From an uncultured Bacilli bacterium (GTDB taxonomy: Bacteria > Bacillota_I > Bacilli_A > RFN20 > CAG-288), in contig CAKUXT010000002.1 of the NCBI GenBank assembly GCA_934700375.1, forward strand, positions 1-32,928: a stretch of DNA of 32,928 nt. Direction: 5' to 3'. The position numbers and the translations under genes are program-made. Below the pieces are notes generated by a model. The model was given only the letters and a program-made list of their open reading frames with translations. It was not told the DNA's origin and did no database searches. Of the stretch, positions 16,871-23,979 are shown piece after piece. Positions within the stretch are counted from its first letter, which is position 1. Each line of letters starts with the position of its first letter.

Positions 16871-18340
16871 ATGAATTATAGAATCGACAAGAAGACAAAG
16901 ATCATCTGCACGATCGGACCTAGCAGCCAAGACAAACCGACACTGAAAAAACTGCTCGCTACCGGTATGACGTGTATGAGACTCAATTTCTCCCATGGCT
17001 CCCATGAAGAACATTTAGCCAAAATCAGAACATTGAGAGAAATCGAAAAAGAAGAAGACCTGATCATTCCGATCTGCCTTGATACAAAAGGACCTGAAAT
17101 CAGAACCGGAAAATTCGAAGGCGGCGTTGCCGAATTCAAACAAGGCGAAACCACAAGAATTTTCATGGGCGTCGATAAATTAGGAACGAACAAGGCTTTC
17201 GGTGTCACCTATACGAACCTTTTCAACGATTGTGAAATCGGAAGCAAGATTCGTCTCGATGATGGAAACCTCGAACTCATTGTCAAAGAAAAAGACAATA
17301 AGACCAAAGAGCTTGTCTGCTTAGTCGGAAACGATCACGCCTGCAAAGACAGAAGAGGTGTCAACTGCCCTGGTGTCCATCTTTCCATGCCCTACTTATC
17401 CGAGCAGGACAAGAGCGACTTGATCTTCGGATGTGAAGAACATGTCGACTTAGTCTCCGCCTCATTCGTCAGAAACGTTCAGGATATTCGCGATATGCGC
17501 GCTCTTCTTGATTCTCACGGCGGAAAGAACATCCTCATCATCTCCAAGATCGAAAACACAGAGGCCATCGAAAACCTTGACAGCATCATCCGCGAAAGCG
17601 ATGGCATCATGGTAGCCCGTGGCGACCTCGGTGTCGAAATCCCCCCAGAACAGGTTCCTACCTATCAGCGTTATCTGATCCAGACCTGCAGAAAATACGG
17701 AAAACCTGTCATCACAGCCACACAGATGCTCGATTCCATGATTCACAACCCCTTCCCGACAAGAGCGGAAGTCAGCGATGTCTCCTGGGCCATCGATCAG
17801 GGAAGCGATTCCGTCATGCTCTCTGGAGAGAGCGCAAACGGACAGTACCCTGTTCAGGCTGTCGACATGCAGACAAGAATCGCCAAGGAAGTCGAAAAGC
17901 ACTTCAACTACGAGACCTCTTCTCATCAGGCATTTGAAACATCCAACAAGAATGTCAATGACGCTATTGCAGCCTCTGTCTCCGATACTGCCATTCTCAT
18001 CAACGCAAAGCTCATCATCTGTTTCTCTGTCTCCGGTCAGACAGGCATCAGAATCTCCAAGACAAGACCGATCTGTCCTGTCTTCGTCGTCTCCTCTGAC
18101 TATGACGCTTTGACACACATGATGCTCTATTATGCCTGCTATCCTTATCACACCAAGAAAGTCCCGCAGTTCAGTGAAGAGATGGAAGTTCTCGCTCTTA
18201 AGATTGCAAAAGACTACGGTATCGAAGAAGGAAGCCATATCATCATGACCGGCGGAACACCTGTCGGTGCAGGAAAGACAAACTTCATGAAGGTTCTGAC
18301 CGTTCATAATACGGATTCGATCGATTACTCGGAGGATTAA
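16871..18340 (+). CDS. pyk: Pyruvate kinase
   Basis: KIICTIGPSS, MRLNFSHGSHEEH, MVARGDLGVEIP and TQMLDSM are canonical PK motifs. At 489 aa it has no extra PEP-utiliser domain. Confidence 0.95.
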   Translation: MNYRIDKKTKIICTIGPSSQDKPTLKKLLATGMTCMRLNFSHGSHEEHLAKIRTLREIEKEEDLIIPICLDTKGPEIRTGKFEGGVAEFKQGETTRIFMGVDKLGTNKAFGVTYTNLFNDCEIGSKIRLDDGNLELIVKEKDNKTKELVCLVGNDHACKDRRGVNCPGVHLSMPYLSEQDKSDLIFGCEEHVDLVSASFVRNVQDIRDMRALLDSHGGKNILIISKIENTEAIENLDSIIRESDGIMVARGDLGVEIPPEQVPTYQRYLIQTCRKYGKPVITATQMLDSMIHNPFPTRAEVSDVSWAIDQGSDSVMLSGESANGQYPVQAVDMQTRIAKEVEKHFNYETSSHQAFETSNKNVNDAIAASVSDTAILINAKLIICFSVSGQTGIRISKTRPICPVFVVSSDYDALTHMMLYYACYPYHTKKVPQFSEEMEVLALKIAKDYGIEEGSHIIMTGGTPVGAGKTNFMKVLTVHNTDSIDYSED

Positions 18341-18344
18341 ATCA

Positions 18345-19223
18345 ATGACAGACAAAATCATTTCAATCGACTGCGGAGGCACCAATCTTCGCGTCGCAGC
18401 AATGGATAAGGAACTGAACATCCTTGCTGTAAGAATCGTCCCTTCTATCAAGGATGATCCGATGGCTCTTTACAACAAAATGAAGGAGCTCATCGATATT
18501 GTCAAAGAAGAGGCACATATGGATTATGTTGAATCTATCGGCATGTCCATGTGCGGTGTTGTTATGAACAACCAGGTCGGAAGAGTCGGAAATCTTGGAA
18601 TCGACTCCTTCGATTTCGTCTCTTTGTTCAACAGAGACTTCCCGACGGCAAAGCTTTATTTCGCAAATGATGCAAACTGCTCTGCTCTTGTCGAAGCCGA
18701 ATACGGGGCCAACAAAGGCTTCCTCAATTCCGCCTTTGTCACAATCTCCACAGGCATCGGTCTTGGTGTTGTCCACAACGGAGAGATGATTGACCTTCCT
18801 CTTGAAGGCGGAAGAATGTTTGTCAACTACAAGGGCAAGGACTATGAGGCCGAATATCTCCTTTCCGGAAACGGAATCGTTCACCTCGCCGCTCTTAACA
18901 ATATTGAAATCACAAGCGCATATGAATTCTTCCAGGGCGTCAGAGCAAAAGACGAAAAGATGATTGCTCTTTATCACATCTGGATCGATATGCTCGCTAC
19001 ATGGTTCTCTAATCTCCAGCTCTTATTCAATGTCGATTCCTATGCTGTCTCCGGCGGTGTCATGAAGAGCAAGGACATCTTCTTCGAAGACCTTGAAAGA
19101 CTCGCCAATGAAAAGATCGCAACATGGAACTTCAAGCCGATCGTATTGAAATACGCATCCTTCACACAGGACGTCGGACTTGCAGGCGGCGGAGCACTTG
19201 CATGGCACGCTTTAAAGAAGTAG
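18345..19223 (+). CDS. ROK-family sugar kinase (glucokinase-like) lacking the Cys-rich zinc motif
   Basis: IDCGGTNLR (phosphate-1), NDANCSALVEAEYG and TISTGIGLGVV are ROK/ASKHA motifs. The usual GHx..CxCGxxGCxE segment is replaced by EGGRMFVNYKGKDYEAEYLLSG. Confidence 0.65.
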   Translation: MTDKIISIDCGGTNLRVAAMDKELNILAVRIVPSIKDDPMALYNKMKELIDIVKEEAHMDYVESIGMSMCGVVMNNQVGRVGNLGIDSFDFVSLFNRDFPTAKLYFANDANCSALVEAEYGANKGFLNSAFVTISTGIGLGVVHNGEMIDLPLEGGRMFVNYKGKDYEAEYLLSGNGIVHLAALNNIEITSAYEFFQGVRAKDEKMIALYHIWIDMLATWFSNLQLLFNVDSYAVSGGVMKSKDIFFEDLERLANEKIATWNFKPIVLKYASFTQDVGLAGGGALAWHALKK

Positions 19224-19254
19224 AATACTAGAACGTTTATTGAAAGGCACGCAT

Positions 19255-21177
19255 ATGAAAATCATTTTACCGGATCATTCCGAAAAAGAAATCAAAGACG
19301 GTAGCACCGCCTTGGAAGCATGCAAAAGCATCTCCCTCTCCCTTGCCGAAAAGGCAATCTGCTGTAAAGTCAATGGAAATCTCTTCGATTTAAACGAAGT
19401 CTTGCCTGATAACTGCACATTTGAGGCCATCACCAAAACATCTCCGGATGCTTTGCATGTCCTCCGTCATTCTGCAGCTCATTTAATGGCTGAAGCCATC
19501 CAACATCTTTTCCCTGGCGTTCAGTTTGCTTATGGCCCAGCTACCGAAGACGGCTTCTATTATGATATGAAACTTCCTCGTCCGATTTCGGAAAACGACT
19601 TCCCGAAGATTGAACAGGAAATGAAGAAGATCATCTCCGAAAAACAGCCTATCGTCAGACAGGATGTCTCTGTTCAAGAAGCTGAAAAGTTTTTCGCCGA
19701 TCAGAAGTACAAGCTCATCCACATTCATGAGCTCGCCGATAAGGGCGCATCCCTTTCCGTCTATTCTCAGGGCGACTTCAAAGACCTTTGCTTAGGGCCC
19801 CATATGAAGAACACCAAAGAGATCAAGGCCATCAAAATCATGTCCACTTCTTCCTGCTATTTCCAGGGAAACAAGGAAAATGACAGCCTTACCCGTATCT
19901 ATGGAACTGCTTTCTTCTCTCAGGAAGATATGGATAAATATCTCAAATTGTTAGAGGAAAGAAAGGAAGCCGACCACAAGAGATTAGGTTCTCAGTTAGG
20001 TTTGTTCATGTTCTCCGATTTCGGACCTGGACTTCCTTTCTGGCTTCCTAACGGCATGATCATCCGTCACGAACTTGAGAACTTCCTCTGGGATCTTCTC
20101 ACCAAGGAATACGGATATGTCTTCCTTAAGACTCCGCAGATGCTCTCCCGTGAACTTTGGGAAACCTCCGGTCACTGGAAGAAGTACAAAGAGAACATGT
20201 ACATCACCAAGGTCGATGGCAAACCTTATGCCATCAAGCCGATGAACTGCCCTGGTGCCATTTTGGTCTATCAGAACAGCATCCACTCTTATCGTGATCT
20301 TCCTATCCGTTATGCTGAATTCGGTCTCGATCATCGTCATGAGGCAAGCGGTGCACTCAACGGTCTCTTCCGTGTCCGTGCATTCACTCAGGATGATGCT
20401 CATATCCTTTTGGCTTTCGATCAGATCGGCGATGAAATCAGAAAGATGGTCCGTATGTTCGGATACGTCTATAAGACCTTTGGTCTTTCCTATTCTGTCG
20501 AACTCTCCACACGTCCTGATCGCTTTGTCGGAAAGATCTCCACTTGGGACAAGGCTGAAGCCGAACTCAAGCTCTGCTTGGAAGAGAACAATATTCCTTA
20601 TGAAATCAATGAAGGCGACGGCGCATTCTATGGCCCGAAGCTCGACTTCAAGATCAAAGACTCTCTCAACCGTGTCTGGCAGTGCGGAACCATTCAGCTC
20701 GATATGCAGCTTCCTCACCGCTTCGGTCTCACTTATGTCGACAAAGACGGCAAGCTCAAAGAGCCTGTCATGCTTCATAGAGCAATCTTCGGTTCCTTCG
20801 AACGTTTCTTAGGCATCATCACCGAGAACTTCAAGGGTGCCTTCCCGACTTGGCTCCATCCGGAACAGGTCAGAATCATCCCTGTCAACAACGATGAGAA
20901 GGTTGTCAAGCTCGCAGCTGACTTAAACAAGAAACTCTTGAAACGCGACATCCGTTCTAAGATCGATGACCGCAACGAAAAGCTCTCCTACAAGATTCAT
21001 GACTCTCAGGTCATGAAGGTTCCTTACACCATCGTCTTAGGACCTAAGGAAGCTGAAGAAGGCAACATCACCTATCGTCTCTATCACGAGACTGCTTCCA
21101 AGACTGTTACTGAGAAGGAGTTTATCAAGATCATCGATACCGATATCAAGACACGTGCTCCTTATCGTCATTACTAA
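19255..21177 (+). CDS. thrS: Threonine--tRNA ligase
   Basis: It has a TGS N-terminus, the editing-domain HxxxH motif (LRHSAAHLMAEA), a class II core (FRVRAFTQDDAH, GTIQLD) and an anticodon-binding C-terminus. Start is set at the ATG at 19255 (MKIILPD); the track ORF starts at an upstream TTG. Confidence 0.95.
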   Translation: MKIILPDHSEKEIKDGSTALEACKSISLSLAEKAICCKVNGNLFDLNEVLPDNCTFEAITKTSPDALHVLRHSAAHLMAEAIQHLFPGVQFAYGPATEDGFYYDMKLPRPISENDFPKIEQEMKKIISEKQPIVRQDVSVQEAEKFFADQKYKLIHIHELADKGASLSVYSQGDFKDLCLGPHMKNTKEIKAIKIMSTSSCYFQGNKENDSLTRIYGTAFFSQEDMDKYLKLLEERKEADHKRLGSQLGLFMFSDFGPGLPFWLPNGMIIRHELENFLWDLLTKEYGYVFLKTPQMLSRELWETSGHWKKYKENMYITKVDGKPYAIKPMNCPGAILVYQNSIHSYRDLPIRYAEFGLDHRHEASGALNGLFRVRAFTQDDAHILLAFDQIGDEIRKMVRMFGYVYKTFGLSYSVELSTRPDRFVGKISTWDKAEAELKLCLEENNIPYEINEGDGAFYGPKLDFKIKDSLNRVWQCGTIQLDMQLPHRFGLTYVDKDGKLKEPVMLHRAIFGSFERFLGIITENFKGAFPTWLHPEQVRIIPVNNDEKVVKLAADLNKKLLKRDIRSKIDDRNEKLSYKIHDSQVMKVPYTIVLGPKEAEEGNITYRLYHETASKTVTEKEFIKIIDTDIKTRAPYRHY

Positions 21178-21191
21178 ATCATCGACCATAA

Positions 21192-21219
21192 GAAAAGCCC
21201 TCAATCGAGGGCTTTTTCT
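21192..21219. terminator. Bidirectional intrinsic terminator between the convergent thrS and ftsL-like genes
   Basis: GAAAAGCCCTC-AATC-GAGGGCTTTTTCTT is a 10-bp stem flanked by an A-run and a T-run. Confidence 0.7.
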
Positions 21220-21264
21220 TGTGACGAATATTTTAAAAGGAGGTACGAGCAATAATTATCAGTT

Positions 21265-21495
21265 TTAACGATTGTACTTCTGCAAGGAATTGTCATTCTC
21301 CTGCTCAAGGTAATCGATCTGAGCAGAATAATTATCAATCCTTCTAGACATCTCGCTGTTTTCTTTTCCGTAGAAGGATAAGACAGCGATGGATGAAGCT
21401 GAGATGACCGCAGTAAAGGCGAGCATCACAATCATGGCAGTCTTTAAAGAATGCTTCGGTTTTTTCTTATAAGTTCTTTCGATGCGGTCTTTCAT
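21265..21495 (-). CDS. ftsL: Small bitopic membrane protein, FtsL/DivIC-like septation protein
   Basis: This 76-aa protein has a basic N-terminus, one TM helix (TAMIVMLAFTAVISASSIAVLSF) and a short coiled-coil-like tail. It occupies the canonical ftsL slot immediately after rsmH. An AAGGA SD is present. Confidence 0.55.
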   Translation of the reverse strand: MKDRIERTYKKKPKHSLKTAMIVMLAFTAVISASSIAVLSFYGKENSEMSRRIDNYSAQIDYLEQENDNSLQKYNR

Positions 21496-21499
21496 ACGC

Positions 21500-22438
21500 T
21501 TACATCCTTTCTATCGCTCTCAATATCGATGCTTTGCAGCGATTGTTGCTGGCGATCTCTTCCTCAGTAGGAACGAGAGGCTTTTTGGTCAGAGCGATGT
21601 AACCATCTTCTATTGTATCGGCTTTATACTTATCGACATGCTTATCGACGACATACTGTCTGAAGACTTCTTTGACGATTCTGTCTTCTTCGCTGTTGAA
21701 GGAGATGATGACAAGTCTTCCTTTTCTGTTCAGGAATTCAATGGCTTGTTTCAATCCTTTCTTCAGCTGTTCGATCTCTCCGTTGACTTCGTAGCGGAGG
21801 CCTAAGAAGAACTGCTTTGCAGGATGTCCTTCTTTTCTCAGCTCTTTAGGAGGAAGCGAGGATTTGATGATATCGACTAACTCGAATGTCGTCTCAATCG
21901 GCTTCTCTTGTCTTACCTGAAGAATCTTCTTGACGACTGGGTAATAGATTTTGCATTGCCCTAATTCGCGGAAAACACGGCAGAGCTCTTTCTCATCGTA
22001 TTTGTTGATGATGTCTTTAGCTGTGATGCTGTCTTTCTGATCCATTCTCATATCGAGAGGTGAATCAAAGCGATAAGAGAAACCACGGCTAGGATCATCG
22101 AACTGAGGTGAGGATACACCGATATCCATCAGGATGAAATCCGCGCCTGTAAAGCCACTTTTCTTCAATGTTTCGATGCTTTCTGCAAAAGTGGAATGCA
22201 GGAAGTATTGCTTAACGGTCTTCGAATAAGGAATCAGGAACTGTTCGCAGTACTGAAGGGCGTCATTGTCGCGATCGACACCGATGAAAGTACTTCCCTT
22301 CCCCATTCTTTTCATGATGTTGGAGGCATGTCCTGCACGACCAAGCGTCATATCAAGATAGGTCATCTTCTTCCCGGATGGAACAAAGGAGAGAACTTCA
22401 TTCAGCATGACGGGGTTATGAGAGTTGAAGTCGCTCAT
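21500..22438 (-). CDS. rsmH: 16S rRNA (cytosine1402-N4)-methyltransferase RsmH (MraW)
   Basis: HNPVMLNEVL, DMTLGRAGH, DIGVSSPQFD and SFNSEEDRIVK are typical RsmH motifs. The gene follows mraZ. Confidence 0.9.
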   Translation of the reverse strand: MSDFNSHNPVMLNEVLSFVPSGKKMTYLDMTLGRAGHASNIMKRMGKGSTFIGVDRDNDALQYCEQFLIPYSKTVKQYFLHSTFAESIETLKKSGFTGADFILMDIGVSSPQFDDPSRGFSYRFDSPLDMRMDQKDSITAKDIINKYDEKELCRVFRELGQCKIYYPVVKKILQVRQEKPIETTFELVDIIKSSLPPKELRKEGHPAKQFFLGLRYEVNGEIEQLKKGLKQAIEFLNRKGRLVIISFNSEEDRIVKEVFRQYVVDKHVDKYKADTIEDGYIALTKKPLVPTEEEIASNNRCKASILRAIERM

Positions 22439-22441
22439 ATT

Positions 22442-22873
22442 CTACTTTTCCCCCAAGAGTTTCTTGGCGCTTTCAGAGTAATTCTCTTCGCCTTCCTTCT
22501 CACTGGCGTAGTAGGCTTCCATATCCCAGACTTCCAGATGATCGTAGACACCGACAACGACAACTTTCTTTCCTAAGGAAACCTTGTTCATCAGAAGCTT
22601 AGGCAAGAGGATACGATTATGGGAGTCAATCGGAATATTGAAGGTGTTTCCCATAAAAATACGTCTTACATCTCTTGCTTCCTTGGAGAACTCAGAAAGC
22701 TTCATGATTTCAGAGGCGTTCTTTTCGAAAGTTTCTTTTGGGAAGAGCTGGACACATTTGTCCATGCCTAAAGTAGCAAAGCATGTGCTTTCAGTGAAAC
22801 CGTCGCGATAGATGGAAGGTAAGACCAATCGATATTTATCATCGAGGGTCAATTCTTTCTGTCCGTAAAACAC
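22442..22873 (-). CDS. mraZ: Transcriptional regulator MraZ
   Basis: This 143-aa protein has two DxxxR-type half-domains (LDDKYRLVLPS and IDSHNRILLPK). It has a GTG start and lies upstream of rsmH. Confidence 0.9.
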   Translation of the reverse strand: MFYGQKELTLDDKYRLVLPSIYRDGFTESTCFATLGMDKCVQLFPKETFEKNASEIMKLSEFSKEARDVRRIFMGNTFNIPIDSHNRILLPKLLMNKVSLGKKVVVVGVYDHLEVWDMEAYYASEKEGEENYSESAKKLLGEK

Positions 22874-22881
22874 AGTCTTTT

Positions 22882-22926
22882 CCCACTTTCACCCACAATT
22901 ATAATGATATCTCCCACTTCATGCAA
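22882..22926 (-). promoter_or_regulatory. mraZ promoter (TTGCAT-17 nt-TATAAT) interleaved with three direct GTGGG MraZ-type operator boxes
   Basis: The minus strand reads TTGCATgaaGTGGGAgatatcatTATAATtGTGGGTgaaaGTGGGAaaagactGTG. The boxes lie at 22913-22917, 22892-22896 and 22882-22886. Confidence 0.6.
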
Positions 22927-22990
22927 GTACTTTTAAGTTTTTTCTTAAAATTTATGATTTTTTCGATTTTCCATCCAACATGCAGATTTC

Positions 22991-23013
22991 AAAAAAAGCC
23001 CATAACTATGGGC
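22991..23013 (-). terminator. Intrinsic terminator with no assigned upstream gene
   Basis: The minus strand reads GCCCAT-AGTT-ATGGGC followed by TTTTTTT. On the plus strand the same stem is followed by ATTTTT. Confidence 0.55.
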
Positions 23014-23329
23014 ATTTTTAAGAATATAAACTTCCGAGTGGGTAAAAATGGTAGAAATAGATGCATTGTGGGAGAAAATTTTAGAATCTATAGCAAAAAA
23101 TCGAATTTCAACATCAACAAAATAATAATATTCGACGAATGTTAATATTTACCAGTGACGACAGTTCATTATGCACTGACTTTTTTCACAACTCTTTCGT
23201 TTGACCCTTGTCTGTTCCATAGCATTTCCGGATTTAAGCTTTCAGGTTTACCACATGCCAAATTAATTTTTCTTGATTGTTCTAAAGTCACCACTTTCAT
23301 AGTCCAACCGCGGGTGAAGAAAAAATAAC

Positions 23330-23350
23330 AACGGCTTTTCCGTTTTTATT
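23330..23350. terminator. Weak bidirectional terminator-like hairpin
   Basis: AACGG-CTTTT-CCGTT is followed by TTTATTTT on the plus strand, with an A-rich run on the other side. Confidence 0.3.
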
Positions 23351-23390
23351 TTCAAAGATGCAGTCATCTATTCATCATATTTCATGAATA

Positions 23391-23411
23391 AAAAACGAGT
23401 TCCCCGTTTTT
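23391..23411. terminator. Weak bidirectional terminator-like hairpin
   Basis: AAAAACG-AGTTCCC-CGTTTTT is an A/T-rich 7-bp stem. Confidence 0.3.
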
Positions 23412-23440
23412 ATCTGCACGCAGCTCTGAATCAAGTCCTC

Positions 23441-23472
23441 AAAAAAAGGCTCTGTCACAGTGGCAAAGCCTT
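23441..23472 (-). terminator. Probable terminator of yceD (end of the divIB-ftsA-ftsZ-pheST-thyX-yceD string)
   Basis: The minus strand reads AAGGCT-(15-nt loop)-AGCCTT followed by TTTTTTT, about 25 nt after the yceD stop. Confidence 0.45.
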
Positions 23473-23493
23473 GAAATTCAGTTTTGGAAAGAA

Positions 23494-23979
23494 TTATTCC
23501 AGTTCGCTGAAAGCGTTGGAGCGCTTCTTCTTTTCCTCTTCGTATTCCTCTTCGGACATCAGAACATAGTTCTCATGCTCGATTCTCTTAAGGGGAACCT
23601 CGGAGTAGTTCTGCGGAATAGCGTTGAAGAGAAGGGCGAGGATAGAGCCGCGAAGATCGTAAAGGCCGTCTTCATCAGGAAGAAGGTCGCTGTTTTCTTC
23701 GTCCTCTGTCGAAATGGTCAGTTCGACGCTGTCATCAAGATGATAGTCTCTCTCCTTCTGATCGTGGGCATCAAGAAGCGTGATGTCGCCGTTTACGGAG
23801 ATAGAGAAAGTCGTCAATACGCCGAGTGCGATGACATCGAGAACGAAGACGCTGTCATTGAGGGATAAGAGATTCGGAAAATACTTCATCTCTTTCTCGG
23901 TCAATTCAAAGTCGAGATCATATTCGTTCCCTTCCTTCAGTGAAAGAAGGTCGATAGCGATTCTGTTGTCCTTATCCAT
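23494..23979 (-). CDS. yceD: YceD/DUF177 family protein (large-subunit ribosomal protein accumulation factor)
   Basis: This roughly 160-aa acidic protein has the characteristic layout of a beta-rich N-terminal part, then an acidic stretch, then a LALLFNAIPQNY...-type C-terminus. The ATG at 23979 overlaps the thyX TGA by 1 nt. Confidence 0.7.
   Translation of the reverse strand: MDKDNRIAIDLLSLKEGNEYDLDFELTEKEMKYFPNLLSLNDSVFVLDVIALGVLTTFSISVNGDITLLDAHDQKERDYHLDDSVELTISTEDEENSDLLPDEDGLYDLRGSILALLFNAIPQNYSEVPLKRIEHENYVLMSEEEYEEEKKKRSNAFSELE

Noticed and set aside
17462-18451. A 329-aa ORF antisense to pyk and the start of the ROK kinase. It is the longest unassigned ORF in the track.
   Set aside because: It is exactly codon-aligned with pyk (both triplet phases are congruent to 2 mod 3). 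It is therefore open simply because pyk avoids TTA, CTA and TCA codons. The product is low-complexity with no SD and no recognisable motifs.
19996-20778. A 260-aa minus-strand ORF antisense to thrS.
   Set aside because: It is codon-aligned with thrS, a codon-bias artefact, and lies entirely inside a well-supported gene.
23017-23036. An AT-rich AGTTTATATTCTTAAAAA segment with a partial match to the XerD arm of Firmicute dif sites.
   Set aside because: Only about 8 of 11 positions match in one arm, and the second (XerC) arm is absent.
22921-23145. A 74-aa plus-strand ORF in the yceD-mraZ island.
   Set aside because: It has no SD. It runs across the mraZ -35 box and through the 22998-23013 terminator hairpin. 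Its composition is typical of translated AT-rich spacer.
23200-23260. A UCCGGAA segment on the minus strand that looked like the GGAA tetraloop region of SRP (4.5S/scRNA) RNA domain IV.
   Set aside because: The flanking conserved SRP sequence (…CAGGUCC GGAA GGAAGCAGC…) is not present, and no symmetric or asymmetric loop pattern could be built.
23169-23300. A 43-aa minus-strand ORF (MKVVTLEQSRKINLACGKPESLNPEMLWNRQGSNERVVKKVSA), fully antisense to the candidate plus-strand RNA. I considered a type I toxin-antitoxin-like layout or a GG-leader peptide.
   Set aside because: It has no SD (upstream sequence gcggttggact). The peptide is hydrophilic, unlike type I toxins, and has no double-glycine leader. 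An overlapping 23-aa Cys-containing ORF (MEQTRVKRKSCEKSQCIMNCRHW) only vaguely recalls L36. Neither can be supported without conservation data.
23306-23316. AACCGCGGGTG followed by a terminator hairpin, reminiscent of a T-box/antiterminator core (…GGTGGTACCGCG…).
   Set aside because: The orientation and order of the motif halves do not fit. No specifier-loop architecture is present, and no downstream plus-strand gene exists for it to regulate.
23020-23493. Looked for rpmF (L32), tRNA, RNase P, tmRNA and 6S RNA signatures in the island.
   Set aside because: No L32-like ORF is present (no MAVPKRR… or CxxC pattern). There is no GTTCGAATC-type T-arm, no GGAAAGTCC RNase P motif, and no convincing long closing stem for 6S. 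Only a covariance-model search could settle this.
23384-23569. A 61-aa plus-strand ORF overlapping the 3' end of yceD.
   Set aside because: It has no SD, crosses two terminator hairpins, and is antisense to a supported gene.
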